DNA of 64,000 bases from Eledone cirrhosa (lineage: Eukaryota). The position numbers were made by a program, and so were the translations under genes. Below the pieces are notes generated by a model that had not been told where the DNA came from, ran no database searches, and was given only the letters and a program-made list of their open reading frames with translations. Numbering within the stretch: the stretch's first letter is position 1; each line of letters opens with the position of its first letter. Shown here in pieces: positions 1 to 13,107 of the stretch. The stretch lies in the NCBI GenBank assembly GCA_964016885.1, contig CAXHJY010001169.1:79306-143305 (forward strand), read 5' to 3'.

Positions 1-283
1 TACCACAAGCCAAAAATTAATCAGGCCATTTTCTTCAAAGCAGGTCAGTTTTAAGTCAAAAGGAAATGTCAGATGTGAAGGCTAACAGCCTCTTGTGTCC
101 TTGGTCCTCACACTGTCGATTTCCTCCGTAAAATCGGAAAGACATCAGCCCGCCTGAGGAAGCAGCTCCGTGAGGCTGGGTGGCTGTTGCATCGGGTCTT
201 GCTGGCCATTCTCTACGGTAATACCCTTGTCAATCTGTCTGCGGGGCATGGCCGAATCACCACTCAGACTGAGTAAGGTGTAG

Positions 284-318
<35 letters not shown>

Positions 319-680
319 CCCTTTCATGCGTTGCTTCATTCTCTTTTTTTCTTTTTCTTTAGTTTTTCTAAAATCTAAATATTAAATTTTGCCCGTGAAA
401 CATATACATATATACACCAGGTCCGAACACAAAGGAACTAAACTCCCACTGTCACTGCCCCCGCCTCTCCCGCTCTCCCCCATCTCTCACTATTCTGAGC
501 AAATGGGGGTACACGCGCTGGCCGACGGACAGAATAGAGAAGGCGTTTGGCCGGAGGATGGTGAGGGAGACGCGCGGGAAGAGCCATTTTGGCTCGTAAG
601 GCTCACACCTGCGAGTAGTCAACTCTGTGCCAATAGTGGTGAGTAGGGAGGTGGCCTTATGGCCAAGCACACCAGAAGTC
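1..680 (-). other. Decayed coding-like segment with GC-richer leader, possibly the 5' UTR/ORF1 start of a LINE
   Basis: The minus strand reads MPRRQIDKGITVENGQQDPMQQPPSLTELLPQAG followed by stops/frameshifts. GC-richer sequence at 420-680 lies upstream. No diagnostic motif recognised. Confidence 0.25.
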
Positions 681-774
681 TATTTTACAATAATTAACTA
701 ATATATTTGTAATACTCTTGCCAACATTTAACTATGGACATGTGTTCGGAGAATATAACCGTGATCATATTTTA

Positions 775-960
775 ATTGTTTCTACTTTTGGCTCAAGGCC
801 AGCAATTATCCCAGTGCATTACTGGTACTTTATTTTATCGACCCAGTAAGGATGAAAGGCAAAGTTAACCTCGGCGGGATTTGAACTCAAACCATAAAGG
901 GCCGTAACTCTTCTCTGCAAAACATGGCGTCCAACCCTCTACCGATACTGCCAATCCACT
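775..960 (-). mobile_element. tRNA-derived SINE, family 1 (dominant SINE of the window)
   Basis: Sense consensus GGTGGATTGGCAGTATCGGTAGAG (A-box-like) ... GAGTTCAAATCCCGCC (B-box) ... GCCTTTCATCCTTACGGGGTCGATAAAATAAAGTACCAG ... GTAGAAACAATTATT. Repeated more than 20 times in the window. Confidence 0.9.
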
Positions 961-1683
961 TTGCTCATATTTTAATATTGAAAGAATTTAAAGAACGGAA
1001 ATATTTACTGTTATTCGGTAGATCGTTGGACATCCTTCTTTGCGCCATATATTTGCGGTTCTTTAAGTTCTGAGTTCAAATCCCGTCAAGGTTAGGCTTG
1101 CCTTTCATGGTGGGGTCGATAAAATAAAACAGCAGTCACGCGCAGGGGTCGATTTAATCGACTTTCCCCTTCCCTAAAATTGCTGGCCTTCTATACTTTA
1201 TCCCGACAAACATTTAATCCACGGGAACAGTCTTCATCAGTTGTGTTGAATCTTTAGTGAAGCTGACAAGATGTAATATATTTGAGTGGGAAAGACGCCG
1301 AAAGATCTGACCTTCCAAGAAGTAAGCAAAAGTAATTGACGCCATAATTCTACGTTCCGACAAGGATTTGTAAACATCAGCTCGAAAAATGTAAACGAGA
1401 AATTCTTTTTAAACAAACAGAGTTCTGTTAAGAGATGAGAAAACTCAGGAATGTCACGACAGCCTGGACCAAGCATAGGATATGATGTATGAGCGGATGA
1501 AATTCTCCATAAATGTGAAAGAAATGTAGAGATCATTTGAAAACTATTTATTTATTTATGGCTACTTGAGTTCTTCTCTTTAAGTAACTTATGAAAGAGC
1601 CTGATAATATATAAGTATGTATGTATATAGTTTTTATCATTGAAGACAATCACTCACTCACACATACAAGAAATGCCGTATAC

Positions 1684-1852
<169 letters not shown>

Positions 1853-2050
1853 AGGTGAGTTTGGAAATAGCACTGCAAATATTTTTAAATGTCTGTTTTT
1901 GTTTTTTTTTTTCTTTTCTTTGATTCGTCAAAGTGGCATTATTGAAAAAAATGAGAGGGACAATTCTTTTAAAAAAAGAGTTTTATAAAGTATATAAAGT
2001 ATTACCGGTTTCCATGTATTAGTAAAATTCATCTTATCAAATGTTGAGTA

Positions 2051-2609
2051 CTAGCAGTGGTACCCGGCGTTGCACGGGATAAGGTATTGTGAAATATATA
2101 ACCGCTTTAACTAAGCTTAGTATTGCCACAATCACGGCTGGCAAAGAAGTAAGGGTCTGGTGGTACGTAAGTAAGCAACATTGTGGCTTAAAACGTGAGG
2201 AAGAAGTTGTGTGCACTTACCAACTGTTTGGGGAATGAGTGTGAGATTTGTCTTGAGCAAGGGTGGCAGAATAACCGGATGCAGCAGACAGCCAGACATA
2301 CAGACAGATATTATAAAGGCGCGTTCTGGACGCAGAGGGAATTGTGGGAAGTGACGTAATGCAGACAGCCAGATATACAGACAGATATTATAAGGGCGCG
2401 ACGTTATATGTATGTATCTATCTAAAAAGAGACAGACTAAGAATCATAGAGAGAGATCGCTATATCGCCTAATGGAAAGAACACTCCCTGAAACATAAGT
2501 ATTACATGTGTAAAGTTTGAAAACAGTCGGTTGGGTGGTTCTAGAGTTTTAGGGATTCAAACTCACGCGCACACAGACAGACATCCTCAGTTTTATATAT
2601 ATATATAGA
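2051..2609 (-). mobile_element. Non-autonomous Helitron
   Basis: Minus strand begins TCTATATATATATATAAAACTGAGG and ends with GC hairpin CCCGTGCAACGCCGGG followed by ...CTAG. Inserted between A and T with no TSD. The empty site TGTTGAGTA|TTG is visible in paralogous copies at ~3520 and ~5032. Confidence 0.88.
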
Positions 2610-2950
2610 TTACAATTAAAAAGAATTAATAAAGATTAAAAACTAAAAATTTAAGATTTTAAAATCAAGTGTTGAAGTAAGTTTTTTCATCTTCCTTGTT
2701 GATATATATATATATATATAATTACCGAAGATCGGTGGTATTAATTCAACAGTTCCCGGCCACCATCGAGCTCACTCAATGAATGGAGTTGCAATCAGCC
2801 GTTCAGAGTGTACACCTTTAGTTTTAGCAGGTGCGGTGGCAGTGTGTGTGTTCGTGTTTAAGTGTATGTGTTTTTGTTTTTGTATTCTATCTTTGTTCAT
2901 TAGTGTGTTCTGTTATTATTTCTGACCCTCCCGAAGTATAACAATATTGC

Positions 2951-3106
<156 letters not shown>

Positions 3107-3309
3107 GAGAGAGAGAGAAGTTGGAAATACCACTGAAAATATATTTAAGGGTCTGTTTTTCTTTTTTTATCCTTTCTTTGATTTGTCAAAGTGACATTAT
3201 TGAAAAGATGACATTATTGAAAAAATGAGAGGCACTATTCCTTTAAAAAAAAGTTTTATAATGTATATAAAGTATATAAAGTATTACCGGTTTCGATGTA
3301 TTATTAAAA

Positions 3310-3495
3310 GGTGGATTGGCAGTATCGGTAGAAGGTCGGACGCCATGCTTTGCAGCAGCAAAGAGTTACGGCCCTTTATGGTCTGAGTTCAAATCCCGCC
3401 GAGGTTAACTTTGCCTTTCATTCTTACGGAGTCGATAAATTAAAGTACCAGTAATACACTGGATAATTGCTGGCCTTGTGCCAAAAGTAGAAACA
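3310..3495 (+). mobile_element. SINE family 1 with 10-bp TSD
   Basis: Full head-to-tail copy flanked by ATTATTAAAA at 3300-3309 and 3496-3505. Confidence 0.92.
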
Positions 3496-3806
3496 ATTAT
3501 TAAAATTCATCTCATCAAATGTTGAGTATTGAAATAAAAAATGAAAAAAAATTAATAGGAGTGGTAGTGAAGATAGCAGCAGCTATGTTTCTTCACAGAA
3601 CAAAGTTGTTTTGGGGGGGACAAAGGAAACATCCTGTAAATATGTGTGTGTATATCTGATTGTGTTAATTGACTGATCAAGAGTTCAAAAGGATATGGGG
3701 AATTGTAAGCTAGAAGTAAAGTCAGCAGGAGTGTAAGAGAATTTCTATTATTGGAATATGGTTTTAGTGAGTGTGTGTATATATATATACATAGTGTGAG
3801 GGTGTA

Positions 3807-4700
3807 CGAGGTGTGTCAGAAAAGTTCCAGGACTGATGTCACAAAAGATTTATTTCAAACCCAAACTTCACACTAAGAGTTTTCTCCTTCAAAGTAATCC
3901 CTCTGGATTATGTAACTGTAATCTTAGCTCTCTGCAGCGATCAAACTTTTTTCTTCATAATTTTATATACATGTCCTCTGTTTCAGGTCGTCAAGCAATG
4001 AGCACAGAGAAACTAACAAACTTGAAGTTTCTGGTACGGTTGGGGAAAACTCCGTCAGAAACACTGGGATTGCTGCAGGAAGTGTATGGAGATGAGACGA
4101 TGTCACGCTCACGTGTTTTTGAGTGGTGCAAGAGGTTTAAAGAAAGACGCGAGGACGTGGAAGATGACCCCAGGAGCGGAAGGCCCTCAACAACCAGGAC
4201 TGAGGTCAACGTTGAGCGCGTCAGGCAGATGGTGCGTAGCGATCGTCGGCTGACTGTTCGACTGATGGCAAATGAGCTGGGCATGAATCGGGACAGTGTC
4301 TGGAAGATTCTCACTGAAGATTTGGACATGAGGAAAGTCTGCGCGAAAATGGTGCCAAAACTGCTGAACGATGACCAGAAGGGTCGACGCATGCAAGTGT
4401 GCCAGGACATCCTCGAGCGTCTTGAAACCGAACCAGACTTGCTAGGGACAGTCATCACCGGTGATGAGTCATGGATCTTCGAGTATGACCCGGAGGACGA
4501 CATCAAAAAGGCCGTAACGACGGAACTGCGGAGGATCCCGGAAGAATCCTTCAAAGAGTGCATGCAAGCGTGGCAGAAAAGGATGGAAAAGTGCATTAGA
4601 CTCCAGGGGGATTACTTTGAAGGAAAACTCTTAATGTGAAGTTTGGGTTTGAAATAAATCTTTTGTGACATCAGTCCTGGAACTTTTCTGACACACCTCG
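3807..4700 (+). mobile_element. Internally deleted mariner element with ~100-bp terminal inverted repeats
   Basis: TA-flanked TIRs CGAGGTGTGTCAGAAAAGTTCCAGGACTG... / ...CAGTCCTGGAACTTTTCTGACACACCTCG; contains a transposase ORF. Confidence 0.95.
3998..4639 (+). CDS. Mariner transposase, in-frame deletion derivative (HTH domains intact, catalytic domain largely missing)
   Basis: MSTEKLTNLKFLVRLGK...VFEWCKRFK...DDPRSGRPST...KVCAKMVPKLL...VITGDESWIFEYDPE joined directly to DDIKKAV...RMEKCIRLQGDYFEG. The HDNA and YSPDLAP motifs are absent. Confidence 0.85.
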   Translation: MSTEKLTNLKFLVRLGKTPSETLGLLQEVYGDETMSRSRVFEWCKRFKERREDVEDDPRSGRPSTTRTEVNVERVRQMVRSDRRLTVRLMANELGMNRDSVWKILTEDLDMRKVCAKMVPKLLNDDQKGRRMQVCQDILERLETEPDLLGTVITGDESWIFEYDPEDDIKKAVTTELRRIPEESFKECMQAWQKRMEKCIRLQGDYFEGKLLM

Positions 4701-4718
4701 TATATATAGCAATACACA

Positions 4719-4817
<99 letters not shown>

Positions 4818-5520
4818 CCTGTCTGACACAGGTCCCTTTAGCAATACACACATGCGTGTGTGTTTTTTTCAGCCTGTCTGTCACAGGCCTCTTTGTGGTG
4901 GGAAATTAAAAAAAGTTTTTCTTCAAAATTCAAAAAATCCCAAAACTTTTCTTTTGAAAAAAGGTTTTATAATGTATATAAAGTATATACAGTATTACCG
5001 GTTTCGATGTATTAAAGTTCATCTTATCAAATGTTGAGTATTGAAATAAAAAACTAAAAAAATTAATAGGAGTTAAAACTAAAAATAAAAGATTTAAAAT
5101 TAAAATCAAGTGTTGGAGTAAGTTTTTTCCCCATCTTTCTCACCCAGAGACCAACCCCAAAACAACACAGAACTAACCCGCAACACAAACATCATACAAT
5201 TCAGAAGAAACCTACACAGACAACATGAAATCCCAACAAAACCTTTCCACATTAACAACTACAATAGGTACCACCCCCAACACTTCAAAAACAACCAAGC
5301 AACATCAACACTATGCATCCCAGAAGGAATCCACCCAATCCACATGAATCATAACAGAACTCTTACACAATAACAACTACAACAGACACCACTCCCATCA
5401 CCACATTAACTCTCACGAAAAAACAAACTACAGACCCATACAAAACAGACAAGCAGACTACAATTACAACCAAAACAACATTCCTTTTTTAGGAAAAAGA
5501 CTGAAATACCAGGACACCCG

Positions 5521-6185
5521 ATGACTTCCACTCACGAGAAGCCGAAGATAATTAACCTTTCAAAGATATCACTAATTAACACACAAATTAACATATTAAG
5601 TAAAGGGCTGAAATTTACTCCCACACCACAAAAATCTAACTTCCCCGAAATGAAAGATGGCATCATGGAATTCTGCCGAACACTCAGACTAATAGAATAC
5701 TTCTCCAATGACACCAACACTGAAGACGAACCAATAGTCAGAAACAAAAGTGATTTCTGCCCACAGAAAGGGATGAACACAGCACTGGACACCTCCTGCG
5801 AACACATCATCAACTTTCCCTATGAAAAAATTGCAAATAAACACACGAAATGGAACCTCTCCAAACACGTATGGAAAGAATTATTCACACTGTGAAATAA
5901 CACTGAAATAACCATCAAAGAAGCCGATAAAGGGAGCACTGTGGTCATTATGGACACTGACTACTATAGAGACCTAACACTCAAAATCTTAGACGACAAC
6001 AAGTACTACGAAAAAAACAGTAAACTACAAACAAACTAAAACAATGGGCAACCTCCTAGCATTACTACAAAAATACCGCAGTAGCCGAACCACAAAATAA
6101 TTTGAATACATAAGCCATTTCAAATATAATACAAGTGCTTTCTACGGCTTACCGAAGATACATAAATGTAAATTCATGAGCAATT
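5521..6185 (+). pseudogene. Penelope-like element reverse transcriptase, N-terminal fragment
   Basis: PLE-typical motifs IINLS...ILSKGLKFTPTP, ITIKEADKGSTVVIMD and FYGLPKIHK, with stops and frameshifts. Confidence 0.85.
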
Positions 6186-6189
6186 CATG

Positions 6190-6669
6190 TGACACGTTAT
6201 TTGTTTTTATCGTCTCCGTTGAACCGGTACGTACTCACACTCTATGCAAATTAGTCTGCCCACTACTAATTTTCATAGAAAAAGCATATAACGATATGTG
6301 CTTTTACGATTCTCCAGAAAGGCCGGTAGATAGGTAAATATTGCTGATGAGTTGTAACAACAACGAAACTAGTTCAATATTCCTTGTCTGGCTTTCTGGA
6401 GAATAGAGGAAAGGTGTTTCCTCAAAAACCAGTATGACTCTAAAAACCGGTTTGTCTGTGTGTTTACATACAGATTAGCTGGATACTCACAGTAAAGTAA
6501 CCAGTGAAAGACTTGGTACATCTACATATGTATACGTGTGTGTATTCATATGCATACTAGTATTTCAGTATGCATATGTAGATGTACATTTTTAACTTAA
6601 TTGTTTAAGCGTCAGTCATACAAAAGTGAGTTACAAACGAAACGAAATTTAATTTCGTTTCGTTATTTG

Positions 6670-6672
<3 letters not shown>
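6190..6672 (+). mobile_element. Penelope-like pLTR / 3' region
   Basis: Contains an HHR, ends at (TA)n, and 6440-6670 recurs as an inverted pair at 59303-59667. Confidence 0.7.
6337..6381 (+). ncRNA. Type I minimal hammerhead ribozyme, canonical core
   Basis: Stem I AATATTG/CAATATT; CTGATGA; stem II GTTG/CAAC; GAAA; palindromic stem III ACTAGT; GUU site. Outer helix TTCTCCAGAAAG (6310-6321) / CTTTCTGGAGAA (6392-6403). Confidence 0.85.
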
Positions 6673-6709
<37 letters not shown>

Positions 6710-7184
6710 TTCATATATATAAACAGGTATAAAATATCTATGAAATTAGCTTGCTGCATAGTGCCGTTCCTGAAAATATCTTGACCTATAAGCATGTACC
6801 TGCAAATTAAATAGAAGTGGATATCTGTCATATGTGCAAAATACTGATATCTTGCATCACCTACATTCAATGGTGGAAGGAAACTCAAAGAAACTACGCA
6901 CTCTTAAAGGAATTATAAACCAATTACCTGTTATATACACCAGACCAGGTGGAGAATTGACAGAGTTGTTAGAATGCTTTGCAGTACACGCTGAAGGTCT
7001 CTACATTCTTAGTTCAAATCCTGCCGAAGTCAACTTTGCCTCTCATCTTTTCGAAGTAGATATAACAAAGTACCAGTTGAATATTGGGGGTCGACATTTC
7101 TTGTGTGTCTACTTTAGAGCTTCTGTTTCTAAACATCTGTACTCAATTTAACAGCTTTTGTGGACATGTGAATGGATATGGGAC

Positions 7185-8000
7185 AGGCTACATGGGAGGC
7201 AGTGTTGTTAGTAATATACATGTGACAGGTGATTTGCTACATGGTGGCCTGTGTTGTTGGTGATATGCATGTGATTGGTTACATGGTGGCAGTGTTGTTG
7301 GTTATATACATGGACGGCAATGCTGTTGGTGATATACATGTGACATGTGATTGGCTACATGGACCGCAGCGTTATGGGTGATATACATGTGATTTGCTAC
7401 ATGGTGGCCTGTGTTGTTGGTGATATACATGTGATTGGCTACATGGACCGCAGCGTTATGGGTGATATACATGTGATTTGCTACATGGTGGTCTGTGTTA
7501 TTGGTGCTATACATGTGACTGGCTACATGGTGGTCTGTGTTGTTAGTGATATACATGTGATTGGCTACATGAGCGGCAGTGTTGTTGGTGATATCCATGT
7601 GACTGGCTACATGGGTGGCAGTGTTGTTGGTGGTGTTTCAACAATTAGCTATATGGGTGACAATAGTGGTGACATCCATGTGATTAGCTACATGGGTGAC
7701 TGACAGTAGTGGTGATATCCATGTGATTAGCTACATGGGTGACTGACAGTAGTGGTGACATCCATGTGATTAGCTACATGGGTGACTGACAGTAGTGGTG
7801 ACATCCATGTGATTAGCTACATGGGTGACTGACAGTAGTGGTGACATCCATGTGATTAGCTACATGGGTGACTGACAGTAGTGGTGATATCCATGTGATT
7901 AGCTACATGGATGACAGACAGTAGTGGTGATATCCATGTGAATAGCTACATGGGTGACAGTAGTGGTGATATCCCTATAACTAGTTACATGGATGGCAGT
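7185..8000. repeat. Minisatellite with 42-bp units switching to 43-bp units
   Basis: CTACATGGTGGCCTGTGTTGTTGGTGATATACATGTGATTGG (42 bp), then CTACATGGGTGACTGACAGTAGTGGTGACATCCATGTGATTAG (43 bp; copies start at 7688, 7731, ...). Confidence 0.92.
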
Positions 8001-8802
8001 GTTTTTGGTATAATCTACGATACTATTAAGGTCAACTAGGCAACTGCATTACTAAGCCTTAAAGTATCGTAGTCTTATGTAAATGTGTGTAATTAACTTA
8101 AATATATAATAATTTCCGCCATTAATACATAAATCACTAACAAATTTTGCCGCCTAGCAGCATCGGGGAAATATTCAAAGCAGTGGTGAGGTTCGTATGG
8201 TGTTATGACCAATAACAGGATTTGGCGTAGATGAGAGTGGACCGTGTAGTAGAAAACTATGGCTTAATAGTTTTCGTAGTGTGATTCGAGCAAAAAGTGT
8301 CAGAAACTACGTTTGTCAACTTACGAAACTGCAAATGGAAAATGTTTTATCTGAGAGAATGAGGCGCACATCGTAACCTTAGCCTAGGGTGCTAAATACC
8401 AAGGCGACAGCCCAGGTCTTGTTGGTGATATCAATTTTTTTTGTTATATGCCGGGAGGTATTTCTACTTTGAAATCAGTCATCAGGAACTTTAAGTATAT
8501 GGTGCATCTAAAGGAATATTTTTCTGAAGTTCTGAGACTCTTCACAGTTCAGCAGTATTTCGTTACGACTCTTTACGTTCTGAGTTCAAATCCCATCGAG
8601 GTTAGCTTTGCCTTCATCTTTACGAGGTCGATAAAATAAGTACCAGTAACTTTGAGAAGGCGGCACACATTGTAGAGCTATCTTAGGGCGCTAAATCCTC
8701 TGGCACTGGCTCTCAATGTATATTTGATGTATGTAGGTAGGTGTATGCAGAAGAAATATTTCTACGGAAGTGTGTCTTTAAATGTTTGAAATGAAGGAAA
8801 TA

Positions 8803-8985
8803 TTCTTCTTCTTAGCCCATTTAATCATGGGAGGGTCGTGGGGGGCAGAGTCCTCAAACACTCCTTCCAGCGGGTCCTGTCAGAAGCAACCGTTTCCAAC
8901 TGATCCGGCTAGATCCCAAGCCAGATCAGCTAAGCTCATGGATGTTATCCAACCATCTTGCTCGGGGTCTACCCCTAGGTTTCGA
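8803..8985 (-). mobile_element. LINE 3'-end fragment (RTE/RTE-X-like)
   Basis: Minus strand encodes RWLDNIHEL...DQLETVASDRTRWKECL with a (GAA)n tail. Second copy at 58685-58865. Confidence 0.7.
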
Positions 8986-11421
8986 AGGAAATATTTCCAC
9001 GTAAAATATAAATGAGTTGATAAAAATAAATTATTACAGAATAAAGAATTCTGATTTTATTTGTTAAAATAATTATTTTTTCAGAAAATTGACTTCAAGG
9101 TCAAAAGTGAATGACTTGAAAGTTTTGAGTGACAAATCTGTCAAAATGTGAAATAATAAATATTGAGAGGTGACAACAGTAGTCAGTGGTAATTAATGTC
9201 ACCTTGTGTACTTGATGTCGCTGTTTCAACAAATAACAATGACATTTTAACAAAAGGGGAGGAAAAGGCTAAGTCAGTTGGTTAACAACAGATTATTATT
9301 TTTTAATCATTTAGTGTTGGCATGTGATGCAGGGAGCAGCTAAAAGTTATGATTAATTATAAGCTGAACTAAGATAAAACAATTTTAATAAATGACTAAC
9401 ATTATTTTAATTCTTTCGGCAAGTACGGAAAACAAATTCAGGTATGTTTCGGTTTTCTTGGTGAATCCTATTTTTTGGAAGTTCAGTTTATTGTAGCGAT
9501 GGCTTGTATGTATTTATATCACATGTATGTTCCTACAGTTATTTTTTAGAGAAGGAAGGAAGGAAGGACAGCGCCTATGACTTTTTCCGGGCCTCCGAGA
9601 TGTGTAGGAAGAAAAGTCACTCAAACTGGAGACCTGTTTCAATTACAACTGAATAGACACCGGTAAAGTCACCCAAGAGTCAGGTGGTAGTGTTAAACGA
9701 TGTAGGGTAAACTAGTCGACCAGCCAGTAGGCCACGGCGAGGTTTAAATTCAGAACGCGAAGATTCAGAAGAAATACACAGAGTATCTTATTCGATGTTC
9801 TAAAAATTTCGCCAATCCGCCGCACTGAATTGGTATTTTATTTCATTGACCACGAACAGATGAAAGTTGACCTCGGCAAGACTAGAACTCTGAGCGTAGA
9901 GAGCCGAAATTCCGCCATAAAAAATCTGCGCTCACTATGATTGAACAAAGTTAGTATATAGCAGGTTTCGCAAACTCAATGACTGAAAAGGGCCATTAGA
10001 TACTAGAGAAGAGACACGGCGGGCAAAAAATGAGAAGAGATGAGAGGGGGCATGATTTCCATTGTTATAATGCTAATCTTCAATACAGCTGATAGGCTGC
10101 TATTTTCTTTTCATCAAAAGGAATACGTATATAATAGTAAGTGGGATATATGAATTAGTACAAAATGTAGGGAGCAAATTTTCCGTTTGAAATTTCCCTT
10201 AATTAGTCACGAAAATTGTTCTACCGTAGATCATAGAAAAGTAGTTTGCGGGCAACGTATTTGAGACCCCTGGATTTTATCATGTTATATACGCCCCATT
10301 CCGAAGTCCCACACTCCTCCAGTCGTGCGTACGTCTCACCTTCAGAAACACTGTTCTAGATTGATTACGTTATTACATAAATAAATTGTGTTAATGAATC
10401 CTAAACATAGTTTTATTTTAGGCGATATAACAAATGGCTTACATAAAGAGCTAGTCATGCTGTCGTGTCTGAGAGTATTGTTTTAAACTTACAGGGCCCA
10501 ATCAATTAGAAAACTGATACATGATTAAGAAAACATTAAAAAAACTTTCTGGCGCTACCATTAAGTTGTAGCAAGAGTTGCCTCCCTTGTTATGACGATC
10601 ACATCAGCAGCAGCGCTGGTACAAATAAAGAAGTCTGACTGCATCGTCCGAAGAAACCAGACGTCAATAGCTTCGCTCTGGCGATTAACCACGTGATGGG
10701 ATCCCCACCATGGGACCTTCACGTGCTAATCACTGCAGTCTATTCTTCGGAACATTAAACATCCAGGTATAACCAAAGCATTTATTCTTATTATTATTGT
10801 TATTTCATCTAATAACCGTGTTAATCCATTTGACAATTTCCTCTAATACTTAATTGTTATAAAGTCAAGTAGGCAACTGTCTATGGTGCAGACCTTTAAG
10901 AAGTGCTTTACTGAATCTTAAAGGATCACATATATACAGGGCTGGCACAACAATTGAGGCAAACCAAGGAAGCTTTCAAGGGCGCAGACTTCAGGGAGGC
11001 GTGTTACTGAATCTTAAAGGTTCACATATTTGAAGCAAAGTAAATTTATAGAAAAAGTAAACATGACAAATACCAAAATACTAGTTTAATGAATATCTTT
11101 ACTTCACTTCACAAAAGATACAATTGATAACGTTCAATAAGTTAAAATTGTTCGGTTTGTCTCTGTGTAAGTGGAACGATCACTTCTATATGGTTGTGAT
11201 AAATCCATTTAAAAAGTGCAAGGCTTACTCAAAACAGTGTGTGTGTGTGACGGCGAAATCTAGCATTAGCCGAATCTTTTGCACGATGAGAGAACAGGCG
11301 AAATGTTACAGATTGCAGACCTGTCAACTCTCCCCGTCCGACGGGGAGATGTCCCACCCACTTTGGGGAGGGTGAGAGATGTCTTCTCTTGTGAAAATGG
11401 GTATAGCTTTCATTATGTAAA

Positions 11422-11600
11422 TGGATTGGCAGTATCGGTAGAGGGTCGGACGCCATGCTTTCCAGCATAGTTACGTCCCTTTACGATCTGAGTTCAAATC
11501 CCGCCGAGGTTGACTTTGCCTTTCATCCTTACGGGGTCGATAAAATAAAGTACCAGTAATGCACTGGGTAATTGCTGGCCTTGTGCCTAAAGTAAAAACA
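11422..11600 (+). mobile_element. SINE family 1 with 10-bp TSD, inserted in a dispersed repeat
   Basis: TSD ATTATGTAAA at 11412-11421 and 11601-11610. The uninterrupted host repeat is at 49640-49830. Confidence 0.92.
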
Positions 11601-13107
11601 ATTATGTAAAACCTCCTCATTTTGCCTCATTTCTCCCTGTTTTGCGGCACTTCTTTTCATGGTACTCCCCGTGTGGGCTTTTAGAGGTTGGCAAGTCTGA
11701 GATTAGTCAAGCCAAAATCTCAGCTATTCTCGATAACGATTGTTCATTACTTAGAACTGTCTAATTTGGCGTTGTAACAGTTGTCTCTGAGGTCTGGTCA
11801 TAGCCTTCGGAAAAACTAACTGTGGGAAAATTTTCTTCGCTACATATATACAGGGCTGGCGTTACCATTACATCAAGTAGGCAATTAACTTCGATATATA
11901 ATAATTTATTGCAATCAATAAATAAATCACTAAACATACTTTCCGCGTAGCAGTGTTGTGAAAATATCCAAAGCAGTGGAGCGGGTTGTATCGTATAATA
12001 TCGTGACCTGTAAGAGCAGGGGCGGTGGAAGCATCTCCGAATTGTTGGTGGGGGTGGGGGGAAATCTGGTCAATTTAGTTTAGCTCTTTGCACTTTAAAA
12101 TGGTAAGAAAACTTCGATATGCGATAAACATAACATGTACATAAATTGTAGGGCATATACAAATAGATAGATGTTTTGGTAGTTTGGGGAGAAAATATAA
12201 TTATCATTTTTCATTGCTTAGTGAGGGCCTCCCAATGCTGGAGAGAGGGAAGAAGTATCTTTAAACAGGAGACCTGGCCCGAATGTTTGCCATAGCATTG
12301 ACTCAACTTAAAGCACCCAAGAACTAGGCGAGCAACAGCTTAAGTTTACCACCCACGTAAGCCACAGAATTATTGAATTCAAATTACAAAAAACTGGAAC
12401 ATATATACCCAACGCTCTCACGATTCCGTTAATCTACCACCTTTGCAGAACAATTATTTTTATTGACACCGGAAAGTTGACTTCTGAGTCATATAGACTC
12501 AGAAACGCAAGACTCCAGAGTAAATACCGCATGAAATTTCTTCCGACGTTCTAACAATCTAGTGAAATTCACTGCCTTATTTCTACAATATCTACTTGTT
12601 CTGTATTTAAAACAAGCTAGAATGACGCAATACTTTATATCGGTGTTACACTGACATCACTTATCCACTCCTTATTGGCAAACTCCTGTCAATTATGCGG
12701 AAGGATTAACACTCACTTAAAAAGTTACATTCCGTACACAACATTGTTGTTGTTTAACCCTTGGTCATTCCTGATGAAGCAGACCTATGATCAAAGGTAT
12801 TCCAGTCTTGACGAACACGTCTCTTATTCAAACTCAGTATATATTGGACATTATCCGATGTTTTGTTTTTAAAAAACACTGAACTGTGCGTTTTATTGGA
12901 AATTTGACTGTCGTTTCTAGCAAGTCGAGTGACCGCGTCAATGGTTCCTGGTAAATAGGTGCGATGTGTCGTGTATAAGTGATTGTCACTAAAAATAGAT
13001 AAGTACAGACTCATGAATACATACATACACATACGTACAATCACATACACTCAGAAATATACATATACTAATACGAACGCCCACGAGCATACACTTTTAC
13101 GCCTTTC

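Noticed and set aside
1195-1250. CTGATGA on the minus strand (similar strings at 12770 and 16801)
   Set aside because: No GAAA flanked by compatible stems I-III.
7302-7703. His/Asn-rich repeat protein or CRISPR-like array
   Set aside because: Pure tandem minisatellite with no unique spacers and no cas genes; the frame is lost at the 43-bp units.
9075-9450. Splice-like signals TTTTTTTCAG...CAG|GTATGT (and AAG|GTAAGT at ~49580)
   Set aside because: No open frame or homology; cannot support an exon without transcript data.
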